Positions 25,906-36,762 of a stretch of DNA of 38,347 bases are shown piece by piece (positions within the stretch are counted from its first letter, which is position 1; each line of letters starts with the position of its first letter). The DNA comes from a virus. Its lineage: Duplodnaviria; Heunggongvirae; Uroviricota; Caudoviricetes. The notes under the pieces were generated by a model. It was not told the DNA's origin. It was given only the letters and a program-made list of their open reading frames with translations, and searched no databases. The DNA lies in IMG/VR virus record IMGVR_UViG_2718218452_000008, positions 1-38,347 of that record; one strand, given 5' to 3'. Made by a program: the position numbers and the translations under genes.

Positions 25906-26481
25906 ATGGCGATAAAAGGGCTTGATCAGGCGATTGAAAATCTGAGCCGGGTTCGTAAAAACGCCATTCCGTCGGCTTCAGCAATGGCTATTAACCGCGT
26001 GGCTACAACGGCGATTAATCAGTCTTCATCACAGGTTGCCCGGGAGACCAGGGTGAGCCGGAAACTGGTAAAGGAACGGTCCAGACTGAAACGGGCGACG
26101 GTCAGAAATCCGAATGCCAGAATTATCGTTAACCGCGGTGATCTCCCTGCTATTAAGCTGGGGATCAGGATGCTTGGTCATCGTCCGAACAGCATACTTA
26201 AAGCCGGTCAGCATCGTTATCAGCGGGCATTCATCCAGCGATTAAATAATGGGCGCTGGCATGTTATGCAACGTTTGCCAGAAGCCCGGTATGCGAAGGG
26301 CAATGACGATAAAGGAAGGAAAAAGCGTAATCGTCTTCCCATTCAGGTGGTTAAAATTCCGATGGCGGCCCCACTGAAGCAGGCTTTTGATGAGAACGTT
26401 AACCGTATCCGGCGAGAACGTCTGCCAAAAGAACTGGGCTATGCGTTGAAACAACAACTAAGGATTGTGATAAAGCGATGA
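25906..26481 (+). CDS. Z: Tail completion protein gpZ
   Basis: MAIKGLDQAIENLSR...[22 protein letters not shown] matches lambda Z. Confidence 0.85.
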   Translation: MAIKGLDQAIENLSRVRKNAIPSASAMAINRVATTAINQSSSQVARETRVSRKLVKERSRLKRATVRNPNARIIVNRGDLPAIKLGIRMLGHRPNSILKAGQHRYQRAFIQRLNNGRWHVMQRLPEARYAKGNDDKGRKKRNRLPIQVVKIPMAAPLKQAFDENVNRIRRERLPKELGYALKQQLRIVIKR

Positions 26482-26873
26482 AACATACTGATATCCGTGC
26501 TGCAGTGCTGGATGCACTCGAGCAGCATGAACACGGGGCGACGCTGTTTGATGGTCGCCCCGCTGTTTTTGATGAGGCGGATTTTCCGGCAATTGCTGTT
26601 TATCTCACCGGCGCTGAATACACGGGCGAAGCGCTGGACAGCGATACCTGGCAGGCGGAGCTGCATATTGAAGTTTTCCTGCCTGCTCAGGTGCCGGATT
26701 CAGAGCTGGATTCGTGGATGGAAAGCCGGATTTATCCGGCGATGAGTGCGATCCCGGCACTGTCAGGCCTGATTACCACGATGGTTACGCAGGGCTATGA
26801 GTATCGTCGTGATGACGATATGGCGTTATGGAGTTCTGCTGATTTGACTTATTCCATTACATACGAGATGTGA
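26478..26873 (+). CDS. U: Tail terminator protein gpU
   Basis: 131 aa; position and length as lambda U. Confidence 0.8.
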   Translation: MKHTDIRAAVLDALEQHEHGATLFDGRPAVFDEADFPAIAVYLTGAEYTGEALDSDTWQAELHIEVFLPAQVPDSELDSWMESRIYPAMSAIPALSGLITTMVTQGYEYRRDDDMALWSSADLTYSITYEM

Positions 26874-26880
26874 GGACGAT

Positions 26881-27633
26881 ATGCCAACACCAAATCCTCT
26901 GGCACCGGTAAAAGGTGCCGGTACCACCCTGTGGGTTTATAACGGTCAGGGTGATGCCTATGCAAACCCGTTGTCAGACGATAACTGGCAGCGACTGGCA
27001 CAGGTAAAGGATCTGACGCCGGGCGAGATGACGGCAGAACCCTACGATGATAACTACCTGGATGATGAAGACGCGGACTGGACTGCGACCGGGCAGGGGC
27101 AGAAGTCTGCAGGAGATACCAGTTTTACGCTGGCCTGGAAACCGGGAGAAGAAGGTCAGAAAGGGCTTATAGGCTGGTTTGAAAGCGGGGATGTGCGGGC
27201 CTATAAAATCCGTTTCCCGAACGGCACGGTGGATGTGTTCCGTGGCTGGGTCAGCAGTATCGGTAAGGCCGTAACGGCGAAGGAAGTGATCACCCGTACG
27301 GTGAAAGTGACCAACGTGGGCAAACCTTCTGTGGCGGAAGAACGCAGCGAAATTACGCCGGTCACTGCGATTAAGGTGACGCCGACATCTGGTACGGTGG
27401 CAAAAGGGAAAACAACAACCCTGACGGTTTCTTTTGAGCCGGAAAGTGCAACCGACAAAACGTTCAGAGCGGTTTCCGCCGATCCGTCAACGGGAACCAT
27501 TGCTGTGAAAGATATGGCGATCACTGTGACGGGGGTTAAGGCTGGAAAAGTGAGTATCCCCGTGATTTCCGGTAATGGTCAGTTTGCCACGGTAGCTGAA
27601 GTCACCGTTACTGAAGCGGGCGCTGCAGGGTAA
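26881..27633 (+). CDS. V: Major tail tube protein gpV with C-terminal Ig-like domain
   Basis: 250 aa; N-terminal tube domain and a Thr/Val-rich Ig-like C-terminus, as in lambda V. Confidence 0.85.
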   Translation: MPTPNPLAPVKGAGTTLWVYNGQGDAYANPLSDDNWQRLAQVKDLTPGEMTAEPYDDNYLDDEDADWTATGQGQKSAGDTSFTLAWKPGEEGQKGLIGWFESGDVRAYKIRFPNGTVDVFRGWVSSIGKAVTAKEVITRTVKVTNVGKPSVAEERSEITPVTAIKVTPTSGTVAKGKTTTLTVSFEPESATDKTFRAVSADPSTGTIAVKDMAITVTGVKAGKVSIPVISGNGQFATVAEVTVTEAGAAG

Positions 27634-27646
27634 ACGGAGGTCATAC

Positions 27647-28078
27647 ATGTTTCTGAAAACCGAACAATTTGAATATAACGGTGTGTCCGTCACGCTTTCC
27701 GAGCTGTCTGCGCTGCAGCGTATCGAGCATCTTGCCCTGCTGAAACGACGGGCAGAACAGGCTGAAGCCAGCGGTAACCTGCAGGTGAGCGTGGAAGACC
27801 TTGTCAGAACCGGCGCGTTTCTGGTGGCGATGTCCCTGTGGCATAACCATCCACAGAAAACGGAGTCACCATCAATGAATGAGGCTGTGATGCAGATCGA
27901 ACAGGAGGTGCTCACCACCTGGCCTGCTGATGCCATTGCCCGGGCGGAAGACGTGGTGTTGCGTCTGTCCGGGATGAGCGGGGCTGTTCATGCGGATACT
28001 GACAGCACCGAAGTGGCGAAAAATAACGCGCTGACTGATGATGATTTTTCTGCGGGAAAGTCTTCGACGGCGAGCTGA
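27647..28078 (+). CDS. G: Tail assembly chaperone gpG
   Basis: MFLKTEQFEYNGVSVTLSELSALQRIEHLALLKRRAEQAE... matches lambda G. Confidence 0.85.
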   Translation: MFLKTEQFEYNGVSVTLSELSALQRIEHLALLKRRAEQAEASGNLQVSVEDLVRTGAFLVAMSLWHNHPQKTESPSMNEAVMQIEQEVLTTWPADAIARAEDVVLRLSGMSGAVHADTDSTEVAKNNALTDDDFSAGKSSTAS

Positions 28079-28518
28079 ATTTTGCCCTCAGACTGGCGCG
28101 TGAGATGGGGAGGCCTGACTGGCGCGCCATGCTTGCCGGGATGACATCCACCGAATATGCCGACTGGCGACATTTTTACCGTACGCATTATTTTCTCGAT
28201 ACCCAACTGGATATGCATTTTTCCGGGCTGACGTACGCCGTACTCAGCCTGTTTTTTTGCGATCCGGATATGCATCCCTCTGATTTCAGTCTGCTTGCCC
28301 CCCGGCGTGAGGAAGCGCAGACGGAGATGCCGGATGAGGAAAAAATGCTGATGCAGAAAGCGGCAGGACTTGCCGGAGGCGTCCGGTTTGGTGGGGACGG
28401 AGGGCGTGAGATTTTATCGTCTGCGGATGTGGCGGATGTCAGCGAGGATGATGTCGCATTAATGATGGCTTCAGCGGGGATTTCCGGAGGTGTGAGATAT
28501 GTCCCAGCCGGTTGGTGA
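27647..28518 (+). CDS. GT: gpGT fusion produced by programmed -1 ribosomal frameshift
   Basis: Slippery heptamer G GGA AAG at 28054-28060 near the 3' end of G. The -1 frame continues as LRLAREMGRPDWRAMLAGMTSTEYADW..., homologous to lambda T, ending at 28518. Confidence 0.75.
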
Positions 28519-30264
28519 TCTTGTTATTGACCTGAGTCTGGATGCGGTCCGTTTCGATGAGCAGATGAGCCGGGTAAGGCGTCATTTTTCCGGACTGGAG
28601 ACTGACGCCAGAAAAACCGCCGGTGTTGTTGAGCAGAACCTGAGTCGTCCAGGCGCTGGCTGCACAAAAAGCCGGGATTTCCGTCGGGCAGTATAAAGCG
28701 GCCATGCGAACCCTGCCCGCACAGTTTACGGATATCGCCACGCAGCTTGCCGGTGGTCAGAATCCCTGGCTGATCCTGCTGCAACAGGGCGGTCAGGTGA
28801 AGGACTCCTTCGGCGGGATGATCCCCATGTTCAGGGGGCTTGCCGGTGCGATCACCCTGCCGATGGTCGGGGTCACCTCGCTGGCGGTGGCGACAGGTGC
28901 GCTGGCGTACGCCTGGTACCAGGGGGATTCCACGCTTTCAGCGTTTAATAAAACCCTGGTTCTTTCCGGTAATCAGTCCGGACTGACTGCCGATCGCATG
29001 CTGACGCTCTCCAGAGCCGGACAGGCCGCAGGGCTGACGTTTAACCAGGCGAGTGAGTCACTGGCAGCCCTGGTGAATGCCGGTGTGCGTGGTGGTGAAC
29101 AGTTTGATGCCATCAACCAGAGTGTCGCGCGTTTTGCTTCTGCATCCGGTGTGGAGGTGGACAAGGTTGCAGAGGCTTTTGGAAAACTGACCACCGACCC
29201 GACGTCGGGACTGATGGCGATGGCGCGCCAGTTCCGTAACGTGACGGCAGAGCAGATTGCGTATGTTGCACAGCTGCAGCGTTCCGGAGACGAGGCCGGG
29301 GCATTGCAGGCGGCGAACGATATCGCCACGAAAGGCTTTGATGAGCAGACCCGTCGCCTGAAAGAAAACATGGGAACACTGGAGACCTGGGCGGATAAAA
29401 CAGGGAAGGCATTCAAATCGATGTGGGATGCCATTCTGGATATCGGTCGTCCTGAGTCCTCAGCGGATATGCTCGCCAGTGCGCAGAAGGCATTTGATGA
29501 GGCGGATAAAAAATGGCAGTGGTACCAGAGCCGGAGCCAGCGCCGCGGTAAAACCTCTTCTTTCCGGGCCAACCTTCAGGGCGCATGGAATGACCGGGAA
29601 AATGCCCGGCTGGGGCGAGTGGGCAGAAAGTGCGACGGACAGTTTTTCGCAGGTTAAAAGCGTGGCCACGCAGACCTTTGACGGTATTGCACAGAATATG
29701 GCAGCGATGCTGACCGGCAGTGAGCAGAACTGGCGCAGCTTCACCCGTTCCGTGCTGTCCATGATGACAGAAATTCTGCTTAAGCAGGCAATGGTGGGGA
29801 TTGTCGGGAGTATCGGTAGCGCCATTGGCGGGGCTGTTGGTGGCGGCGCATCCGCATCAGGCGGTACAGCCATTCAGGCAGCTGCGGCGAAATTCCATTT
29901 TGCGACCGGAGGATTTACGGGAACCGGCGGCAAATATGAGCCAGCGGGGATTGTTCACCGTGGTGAGTTTGTCTTCACGAAGGAGGCAACCAGCCGGATT
30001 GGCGTGGGGAATCTTTACCGGCTTATGCGCGGCTATGCCACCGGCGGTTATGTCGGTACACCGGGCAGTCTGGCGGACAGCCGGTCGCAGGCGTCCGGGA
30101 AGTTTGAGCAGAATAACCATGTGGTGATTAACAACGACGGCACGAACGGGCAGATTGGACCACAGGCGCTGAAGGCTGTGTATGACATGGCCCGCAAGGG
30201 TGCCCGTGATGAAATTCAGGCACAGATGCGTGATGGTGGCTTGTTCTCCGGAGGTGGACGATGA
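28499..30264 (+). pseudogene. H: Tape measure protein gpH, disrupted (frameshift plus internal out-of-frame deletion)
   Basis: The N-terminus (MSQPVGDLVIDLSLDAVRFDEQM...), middle (LPAQFTDIATQLAGGQNPWLILLQQGG...) and C-terminus (...SATDSFSQVKSVATQTFDGIAQNMAAMLTGSEQNWRSF...GGLFSGGGR) of lambda H lie in three different frames. There is an extra C near 28653 and a junction near 29610-29630; total span is 1766 bp against about 2560 bp for lambda H. Confidence 0.65.
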
Positions 30265-30590
30265 AAACCTTCCGCTGGAAAGTGAAACCCGGGATGGATG
30301 TGACATCGGCTCCTTCCGTCAGGGAGGTGCGCTTTGGTGATGGCTATTCCCAGCGTGCGCCTGCCGGGCTGAATGCTGACCTGAAAACGTACAGCGTGAC
30401 GCTTTCTGTCTCCCGCGAGGAGGCCAGGGCGCTGGAGTCGTTTCTGGCTGAGCACGGGGGCTGGAAAGCCTTTCTGTGGACGCCGCCTTATGGCTGGCGG
30501 CAGATCAGGGTGACCTGCGCAAAATGGACATCGCGGGTCAGTATGTTACGTGTTGAGTTCAGCGCAGAGTTTAAACAGGTGGTGAACTGA
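30261..30590 (+). CDS. M: Tail protein gpM
   Basis: MKTFRWKVKPGMDV...VRFGDGYSQRAPAGLNA matches lambda M. Confidence 0.9.
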   Translation: MKTFRWKVKPGMDVTSAPSVREVRFGDGYSQRAPAGLNADLKTYSVTLSVSREEARALESFLAEHGGWKAFLWTPPYGWRQIRVTCAKWTSRVSMLRVEFSAEFKQVVN

Positions 30591-31288
30591 TGCAGGATAT
30601 CCGGCAGGAAACACTGAATGAATGCACCCGTGCGGAGCAGTCGGCCAGCGTGGTGCTCTGGGAAATCGATCTGACAGAGGTTGGTGGAGAACGTTATTTT
30701 TTCTGTAATGAGCAGAACGAAAAAGGTGAGCCGGTCACCTGGCAGGGGCGACAGTATCAGGCATACCCCATTCAGGGGAGCGGTTTTGAACTGAATGGCA
30801 AAGGCACCAGTACGCGGCCCACGCTGGCAGTCTCTAACCTGTACGGCATGGTCACCGGTATGGTGGAAGATATGCAGAGTCTGGTCGGCGGAACGGTAGT
30901 CCGGCGTAAGGTTTACGCCCGTTTTCTGGATGCGGTGAACTTCGTCAGCGGAAACAGCAACGCCGATCCGGAGCAGGAGGTGATCAGCCGCTGGCGCATC
31001 GAGCAGTGCAGCGAACTGAGCGCAGTCAGTGCCTCTTTTGTACTGGCCACGCCGACGGAAACGGATGGCGCTGTTTTTCCGGGACGTACCATGCTGGCCA
31101 ACACCTGCACCTGGACCTATCGCGGTGATGAGTGCGGTTATAACGGTCCGGCTGTCGCGGATGAATATGACCAGCCGACGTCCGATATAACGAAGGATAA
31201 ATGCAGCAAATGCCTGAGCGGCTGTAAGTTCCGCAATAACGTCGGCAACTTTGGCGGTTTCCTTTCCATTAACAAACTTTCGCAGTAA
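30590..31288 (+). CDS. L: Tail protein gpL
   Basis: 232 aa, same length as lambda L; collinear. Confidence 0.85.
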   Translation: MQDIRQETLNECTRAEQSASVVLWEIDLTEVGGERYFFCNEQNEKGEPVTWQGRQYQAYPIQGSGFELNGKGTSTRPTLAVSNLYGMVTGMVEDMQSLVGGTVVRRKVYARFLDAVNFVSGNSNADPEQEVISRWRIEQCSELSAVSASFVLATPTETDGAVFPGRTMLANTCTWTYRGDECGYNGPAVADEYDQPTSDITKDKCSKCLSGCKFRNNVGNFGGFLSINKLSQ

Positions 31289-31292
31289 TCCC

Positions 31293-32036
31293 ATGACAGA
31301 GACAGAATCAGCGATTCTGGCGCACGCCCGGCGATGTGCGCCAGCGGAGTCGTGCGGCTTCGTGGTGAGAACGCCGGAGGGGGAAAGCTATTTTCCCTGC
31401 GTGAATATTTCCGGTGAGCCGGAGGATTATTTCCGGATGGCTCCGGAGGACTGGCTGCAGGCAGAAATGCAGGGTGAGATTGTGGCGCTGGTCCACAGCC
31501 ACCCCAGTGGTCTGCCCTGGCTGAGTGAGGCTGACCGGCGGCTGCAGGTGCAGAGTGATTTGCCGTGGTGGCTGGTCTGCCGGGGGGCGATTCATAAGTT
31601 CCGCTGTGTGCCGCATCTCACCGGGCGGCGCTTTGAGCACGGGGTGACGGACTGTTACGCGCTGTTCCGGGACGCTTATCATCTGGCGGGGACTGAACTG
31701 CCGGATTTTCACCGGGAGGATGACTGGTGGCGTCACGGTCAGAATCTCTATCTTGACAATATGGAGGCGACGGGTTTTTACCGTGTCGCACTGACAGAGG
31801 CGCAGCCTGGCGATGTGCTGCTGTGCTGTTTTGGTTCATCGGTGCCGAATCATGCCGCCATTTACTGTGGTGACGGCGAGCTGCTGCACCATATTCCTGA
31901 ACAACTGAGCAAACGAGAGAGGTATACCGACAAATGGCAGCGACGCACACACTCCCTCTGGCGTCACCGGGCATGGCGCGCATCTGCCTTTACGGGGATT
32001 TGCAACGATTTGGCCGCCGCATCGACCTTCGTGTGA
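31293..32036 (+). CDS. K: Tail assembly protein gpK (NlpC/P60-JAB-like)
   Basis: AHARRCAPAESCGFVV...HSHP matches lambda K. ATG at 31293 just after the L stop. Confidence 0.85.
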   Translation: MTETESAILAHARRCAPAESCGFVVRTPEGESYFPCVNISGEPEDYFRMAPEDWLQAEMQGEIVALVHSHPSGLPWLSEADRRLQVQSDLPWWLVCRGAIHKFRCVPHLTGRRFEHGVTDCYALFRDAYHLAGTELPDFHREDDWWRHGQNLYLDNMEATGFYRVALTEAQPGDVLLCCFGSSVPNHAAIYCGDGELLHHIPEQLSKRERYTDKWQRRTHSLWRHRAWRASAFTGICNDLAAASTFV

Positions 32037-32575
32037 AAACGGGGGCTGAAGCCATCCGCGCACTGGCCACACAGCTCCCGGTGTTTCGTCAGAAACTGAG
32101 CGACGGCTGGTATCAGGTACGGATTGCCGGGCGTGATGCAGGCGAAACCGAATTATCATCCCGTCTTAATGAGCCGCTGGCAAATGGTGCAGTGATCCAC
32201 ATCGTGCCGCGTCTTGCGGGAGCAAAAAGTGGCGGTGTGTTTCAGGCGGTGCTGGGTGCGGCGTTGATTGCTACGGCAATCTGGATGCCGGGGATCAGTA
32301 TCGCTTTCAGTGACATTCTCTTTTCAATGGGTGCGGCGATGACGCTTGGCGGTGTTGCACAGATGCTGGCACCGAAAGCGAGTACCGCAACAACGACCAG
32401 CACGGATAACGGTAAGCAGAACACGTATTTCTCATCACTGGATAACATGGTTGCCCAGGGCAATGTTCTGCCTGTTCTGTACGGTGAAATGCGTGTGGGG
32501 TCACGGGTAATTTCGCAGGAAATCAGCACGGCAGACGAAGGGGATGGTGGTGAAATCGTGGTGATTGGTCGCTGA
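31934..32575 (+). CDS. I: Tail assembly protein gpI
   Basis: MAATHTLPLASPGMARICLYGDLQRFGRRIDLRVKTGAEAIRALATQLP matches lambda I. Confidence 0.85.
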   Translation: MAATHTLPLASPGMARICLYGDLQRFGRRIDLRVKTGAEAIRALATQLPVFRQKLSDGWYQVRIAGRDAGETELSSRLNEPLANGAVIHIVPRLAGAKSGGVFQAVLGAALIATAIWMPGISIAFSDILFSMGAAMTLGGVAQMLAPKASTATTTSTDNGKQNTYFSSLDNMVAQGNVLPVLYGEMRVGSRVISQEISTADEGDGGEIVVIGR

Positions 32576-32635
32576 TGCAGAATGTTTTATGTGAAACCGC
32601 CTCCGGGCGGTTTTGTCGTTTATGGAGCGTGAGGA

Positions 32636-35600
32636 ATGGGTAAAGGCAGCAGTAAGGGGCATACCCCGCGCGAAGCGAAGGACAACCTGAAGTCCACGCA
32701 GCTGCTGAGTGTGATCGATGCCATCAGCGAAGGGCCGATAGAAGGTCCGGTGGATGGATTAAAAAGCGTGCTGCTGAACAGTACGCCGGTGCTGGACAGT
32801 GAGGAGAATACCAATATCTCCGGCGTCACGGTGGTGTTCCGGTCAGGTGAGCAGGAGCAGACACCGCCGGAGGGGTTTGAATCCTCCGGCTCCGAGACGG
32901 TGCTGGGTACGGAAGTGAAATATGACACGCCGATAACCCGGACCATCACGTCGGCAAACATTGACCGTCTGCGCCTGACCTTCGGTGTGCAGGCACTGGT
33001 GGAAACCACCTCAAAGGGGGACAGGAATCCGTCGGAAGTCCGCCTGCTGGTTCAGATACAGCGTAATGGTGGCTGGGTGACGGAAAAAGACATCACCATT
33101 AAGGGCAAAACCACCTCGCAGTATCTGGCCTCGGTGGTGGTGGATAACCTGCCGCCGCGCCCGTTTAATATCCGGATGCGCAGGATGACGCCGGACAGCA
33201 CCACAGACCAGCTGCAGAACAAAACGCTCTGGTCGTCATACACCGAAATCATCGATGTGAAACAGGGCTACCCGAACACGGCACTGGTCGGCGTACAGGT
33301 GGATTCGGAGCAGTTCGGCAGCCAGCAGGTGAGCCGTAATTATCATCTGCGCGGACGCATTCTGCAGGTGCCGTCGAATTACGACCCGGAAAAACGCACA
33401 TACAGCGGTATCTGGGACGGAACGCTTAAACCGGCATACAGCAACAACATAGCCTGGTGTCTGTGGGATATGCTGACCCATCCGCGTTATGGCATGGGGA
33501 AACGTCTTGGTGCAGCGGATGTGGATAAATGGGCGCTGTATGTCATCGGCCAGTACTGCGACCAGTCGGTGCCGGACGGCTCTGGTGGCACGGAGCCGCG
33601 CATCACCTGTAATGCGTACCTGACCACACAGCGCAAGGCGTGGGATGTGCTCAGTGATTTCTGCTCGGCGATGCGCTGTATGCCGGTATGGAACGGGCAG
33701 ACGCTGACGTTCGTGCAGGACCGACCGTCGGATAAGGTGTGGACCTATAACCGCAGTAATGTGGTGATGCCGGATGATGGCGCGCCGTTCCGCTACAGCT
33801 TCAGCGCCCTGAAGGACCGCCATAATGCCGTTGAGGTGAACTGGATTGACCCGAATAACGGCTGGGAGACGGCGACAGAGCTTGTGGAGGACACGCAGGC
33901 CATTGCCCGTTACGGTCGTAACGTCACGAAGATGGATGCCTTTGGCTGTACCAGCCGGGGGCAGGCACACCGCGCCGGGCTGTGGCTGATTAAAACAGAA
34001 CTGCTGGAAACGCAGACCGTGGACTTCAGCGTGGGTGCCGAAGGGCTTCGCCATGTGCCGGGCGATGTCATTGAAATCTGTGATGATGACTATGCCGGTA
34101 TCAGCACCGGCGGGCGCGTGCTGGCGGTAAACAGCCAGACCCGGACGCTGACGCTCGACCGTGAAATCACGCTGCCATCCTCCGGTACCACGCTGATAAG
34201 CCTGGTTGACGGAAGTGGCAATCCGATCAGCGTGGAGGTTCAGTCCGTCACCGACGGCGTGAAGGTGAAAGTGAGCCGTGTTCCTGACGGTGTTGCTGAA
34301 TACAGCGTGTGGGGGCTGAAGTTGCCGACGTTGCGCCAGCGCCTGTTCCGCTGTGTGAGTATCCGTGAGAACGATGACGGCACGTATGCTATCACCGCCG
34401 TGCAGCATGTACCGGAAAAAGAAGCCATCGTGGATAACGGGGCGCACTTTGACGGCGACCAGAGCGGCACGGTGAATGGTGTCACGCCGCCAGCAGTGCA
34501 GCACCTGACTGCCGAAGTCACCGCAGACAGCGGGGAGTATCAGGTACTGGCCCGCTGGGATACGCCGAAGGTGGTGAAGGGCGTGAGTTTCATGCTTCGC
34601 CTGACCGTGGCCGCGGATGACGGCAGTGAGCGGCTGGTCAGCACAGCCCGGACGGCGGAAACCACATACCGCTTCACACAACTGGCGCCGGGGAACTACA
34701 GGCTGACAGTCCGGGCAGTAAATGCGTGGGGGCAGCAGGGCGATCCGGCATCGGTATCGTTCAGGATTGCCGCACCGGCAGCGCCGTCACAGATTGAGCT
34801 GACGCCGGGCTATTTTCAGATAACCGCCACGCCGCATCTTGCGGTTTATGACCCGACGGTACAGTTTGAGTTCTGGTTCTCGGAAACGCGGATTACCGAT
34901 ATCAGGCAGGTTGAAACCACAGCCCGCTATCTTGGCACGGCGCTGTACTGGATAGCCGCCAGTATCAATATCAAACCGGACCATGATTATTATTTTTACA
35001 TCCGCAGTGTGAACACCGTTGGCAAATCGGCATTTGTGGAGGCTGTTGGCCAGCCGAGTGATGATGCATCCGGCTATCTGGATTTTTTCAAAGGCCAGAT
35101 AACCGAATCCCATCTCGGCAAGGAGTTGCTGGAAAAAGTCGACCTGACGGAGGATAACGCCAGCAGACTGGAGGAGTTTTCGAAAGAGTGGAAGGACGCC
35201 AACGATAAGTGGAATGCCATGTGGGGCGTCAAAATTGAGCAGACCAAAGACGGCAAACATTATGTCGCGGGTATTGGCCTCAGCATGGAGGACGCGGAGG
35301 AAGGCAAACTGAGCCAGTTTCTGGTTGCCGCCAATCGTATCGCGTTTATTGACCCGGCAAACGGGAATGAAACGCCGATGTTTGTGGCGCAGGGCAACCA
35401 GATATTCATGAACGACGTGTTCCTGAAGCGCCTGACGGCTCCCACCATTACCAGCGGCGGTAATCCTCCGGCATTTTCCCTGACACCGGACGGAAAGCTG
35501 ACCGCTAAAAATGCAGATATCAGTGGCAGTGTGAATGCGAACGCCGGGACGCTCAACAATGTCACAATTAATGAGAACTGTCAGATTAAGGGGAAACTGT

Positions 35601-36031
35601 CAGCCAACCAGATTGAAGGCGATATAGTCAAAACAGTGGGTAAGGCTTTTCCGCGGGACTCCCGGGCACCGGAGCGGTGGCCATCAGGGACCATTACCGT
35701 CAGGGTTTATGACGATCAGCCGTTTGACCGGCAGATTGTTATTCCGGCGGTGGCATTCAGTGGCGCTAAGCATGAGAGAGAGCATACTGATATTTACTCC
35801 TCATGCCGTCTGATAGTGCGGAAAAACGGTGCTGAAATTTATAACCGTACCGCGCTGGATAATACGCTGATTTACAGTGGCGTTATTGATATGCCTGCCG
35901 GTCACGGTCACATGACGCTGGAGTTTTCGGTATCAGCATGGCTAGTGAATAACTGGTATCCCACAGCAAGTATCAGCGATTTGCTGGTTGTGGTGATGAA
36001 GAAAGCCACCGCAGGCATCAGTATCAGCTGA
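32636..36031 (+). CDS. J: Tail tip / host specificity protein gpJ (1131 aa)
   Basis: Length and position as lambda J (1132 aa); apparently intact. Confidence 0.9.
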   Translation: MGKGSSKGHTPREAKDNLKSTQLLSVIDAISEGPIEGPVDGLKSVLLNSTPVLDSEENTNISGVTVVFRSGEQEQTPPEGFESSGSETVLGTEVKYDTPITRTITSANIDRLRLTFGVQALVETTSKGDRNPSEVRLLVQIQRNGGWVTEKDITIKGKTTSQYLASVVVDNLPPRPFNIRMRRMTPDSTTDQLQNKTLWSSYTEIIDVKQGYPNTALVGVQVDSEQFGSQQVSRNYHLRGRILQVPSNYDPEKRTYSGIWDGTLKPAYSNNIAWCLWDMLTHPRYGMGKRLGAADVDKWALYVIGQYCDQSVPDGSGGTEPRITCNAYLTTQRKAWDVLSDFCSAMRCMPVWNGQTLTFVQDRPSDKVWTYNRSNVVMPDDGAPFRYSFSALKDRHNAVEVNWIDPNNGWETATELVEDTQAIARYGRNVTKMDAFGCTSRGQAHRAGLWLIKTELLETQTVDFSVGAEGLRHVPGDVIEICDDDYAGISTGGRVLAVNSQTRTLTLDREITLPSSGTTLISLVDGSGNPISVEVQSVTDGVKVKVSRVPDGVAEYSVWGLKLPTLRQRLFRCVSIRENDDGTYAITAVQHVPEKEAIVDNGAHFDGDQSGTVNGVTPPAVQHLTAEVTADSGEYQVLARWDTPKVVKGVSFMLRLTVAADDGSERLVSTARTAETTYRFTQLAPGNYRLTVRAVNAWGQQGDPASVSFRIAAPAAPSQIELTPGYFQITATPHLAVYDPTVQFEFWFSETRITDIRQVETTARYLGTALYWIAASINIKPDHDYYFYIRSVNTVGKSAFVEAVGQPSDDASGYLDFFKGQITESHLGKELLEKVDLTEDNASRLEEFSKEWKDANDKWNAMWGVKIEQTKDGKHYVAGIGLSMEDAEEGKLSQFLVAANRIAFIDPANGNETPMFVAQGNQIFMNDVFLKRLTAPTITSGGNPPAFSLTPDGKLTAKNADISGSVNANAGTLNNVTINENCQIKGKLSANQIEGDIVKTVGKAFPRDSRAPERWPSGTITVRVYDDQPFDRQIVIPAVAFSGAKHEREHTDIYSSCRLIVRKNGAEIYNRTALDNTLIYSGVIDMPAGHGHMTLEFSVSAWLVNNWYPTASISDLLVVVMKKATAGISIS

Positions 36032-36098
36032 ATTTTATAACCCATATACGGGCGCCAGAAATGGCGCCTTTTTTATTGCAGAAAAGCGAGAGGTAATT

Positions 36099-36698
36099 AT
36101 GCGTAAACTTTATGCCGCCATTTTGTCCGCAGCCATTTGTCTGGCCGTATCCGGTGCGCCTGCATGGGCGTCTGAACATCAGTCCACGCTGAGCGCGGGG
36201 TATCTTCATGTCTCGACGAACGTTCCTGGCAGCGATGAACTGAACGGGATTAACGTGAAATACCGTTATGAGTTTACGGACACACTGGGGATGGTGACGT
36301 CGTTCAGCTATGCAGGAGACAAGAATCGCCAGCTTACCCGTTACAGCGATACCCGCTGGCATGAAGATTCCGTGCGTAACCGCTGGTTCAGCGTGATGGT
36401 GGGGCCGTCTGTGCGCGTGAATGAATGGTTCAGCGCGTATGCGATGGCGGGTATGGCTTACAGCCGTGTGTCGACTTTCTCCGGGGATTATCTCCGCGTA
36501 ACTGACAACAAGGGGAAAACGCACGACGTGCTGACCGGAAGTGATGACGGTCGCCACAGCAACACGTCTCTGGCGTGGGGAGCTGGCGTGCAGTTTAACC
36601 CGACCGAATCCGTGGCCATTGATATTGCTTATGAAGGCTCCGGCAGTGGCGACTGGCGCACTGACGGTTTCATCGTGGGTGTCGGTTATAAGTTCTGA
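36099..36698 (+). CDS. lom: Lom-family outer membrane protein (Ail/PagC/OmpX beta-barrel family)
   Basis: Signal peptide and the C-terminal [23 protein letters not shown], which matches the lambda Lom C-terminus. Confidence 0.85.
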
Positions 36699-36724
36699 TT
36701 AGCCAGGTAACACAGTGTTATGAC

Positions 36725-36752
36725 AGCCCGCCGGTTCAGGCGGGCTTTTTTG
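36725..36752 (+). terminator. Intrinsic terminator downstream of lom
   Basis: AGCCCGCC-GGTTCAG-GCGGGCT hairpin followed by TTTTTTG. Confidence 0.7.
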
Positions 36753-36762
36753 TGGGGTGAAT

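Noticed and set aside
33236-34681. 481-aa minus-strand ORF inside gpJ
   Set aside because: Lies entirely antisense to the well-supported J gene in GC-rich DNA; no start context or family resemblance; typical long antisense frame.
36024-36557. 177-aa minus-strand ORF overlapping the J end and lom
   Set aside because: Antisense to two well-supported genes; no ribosome-binding site.
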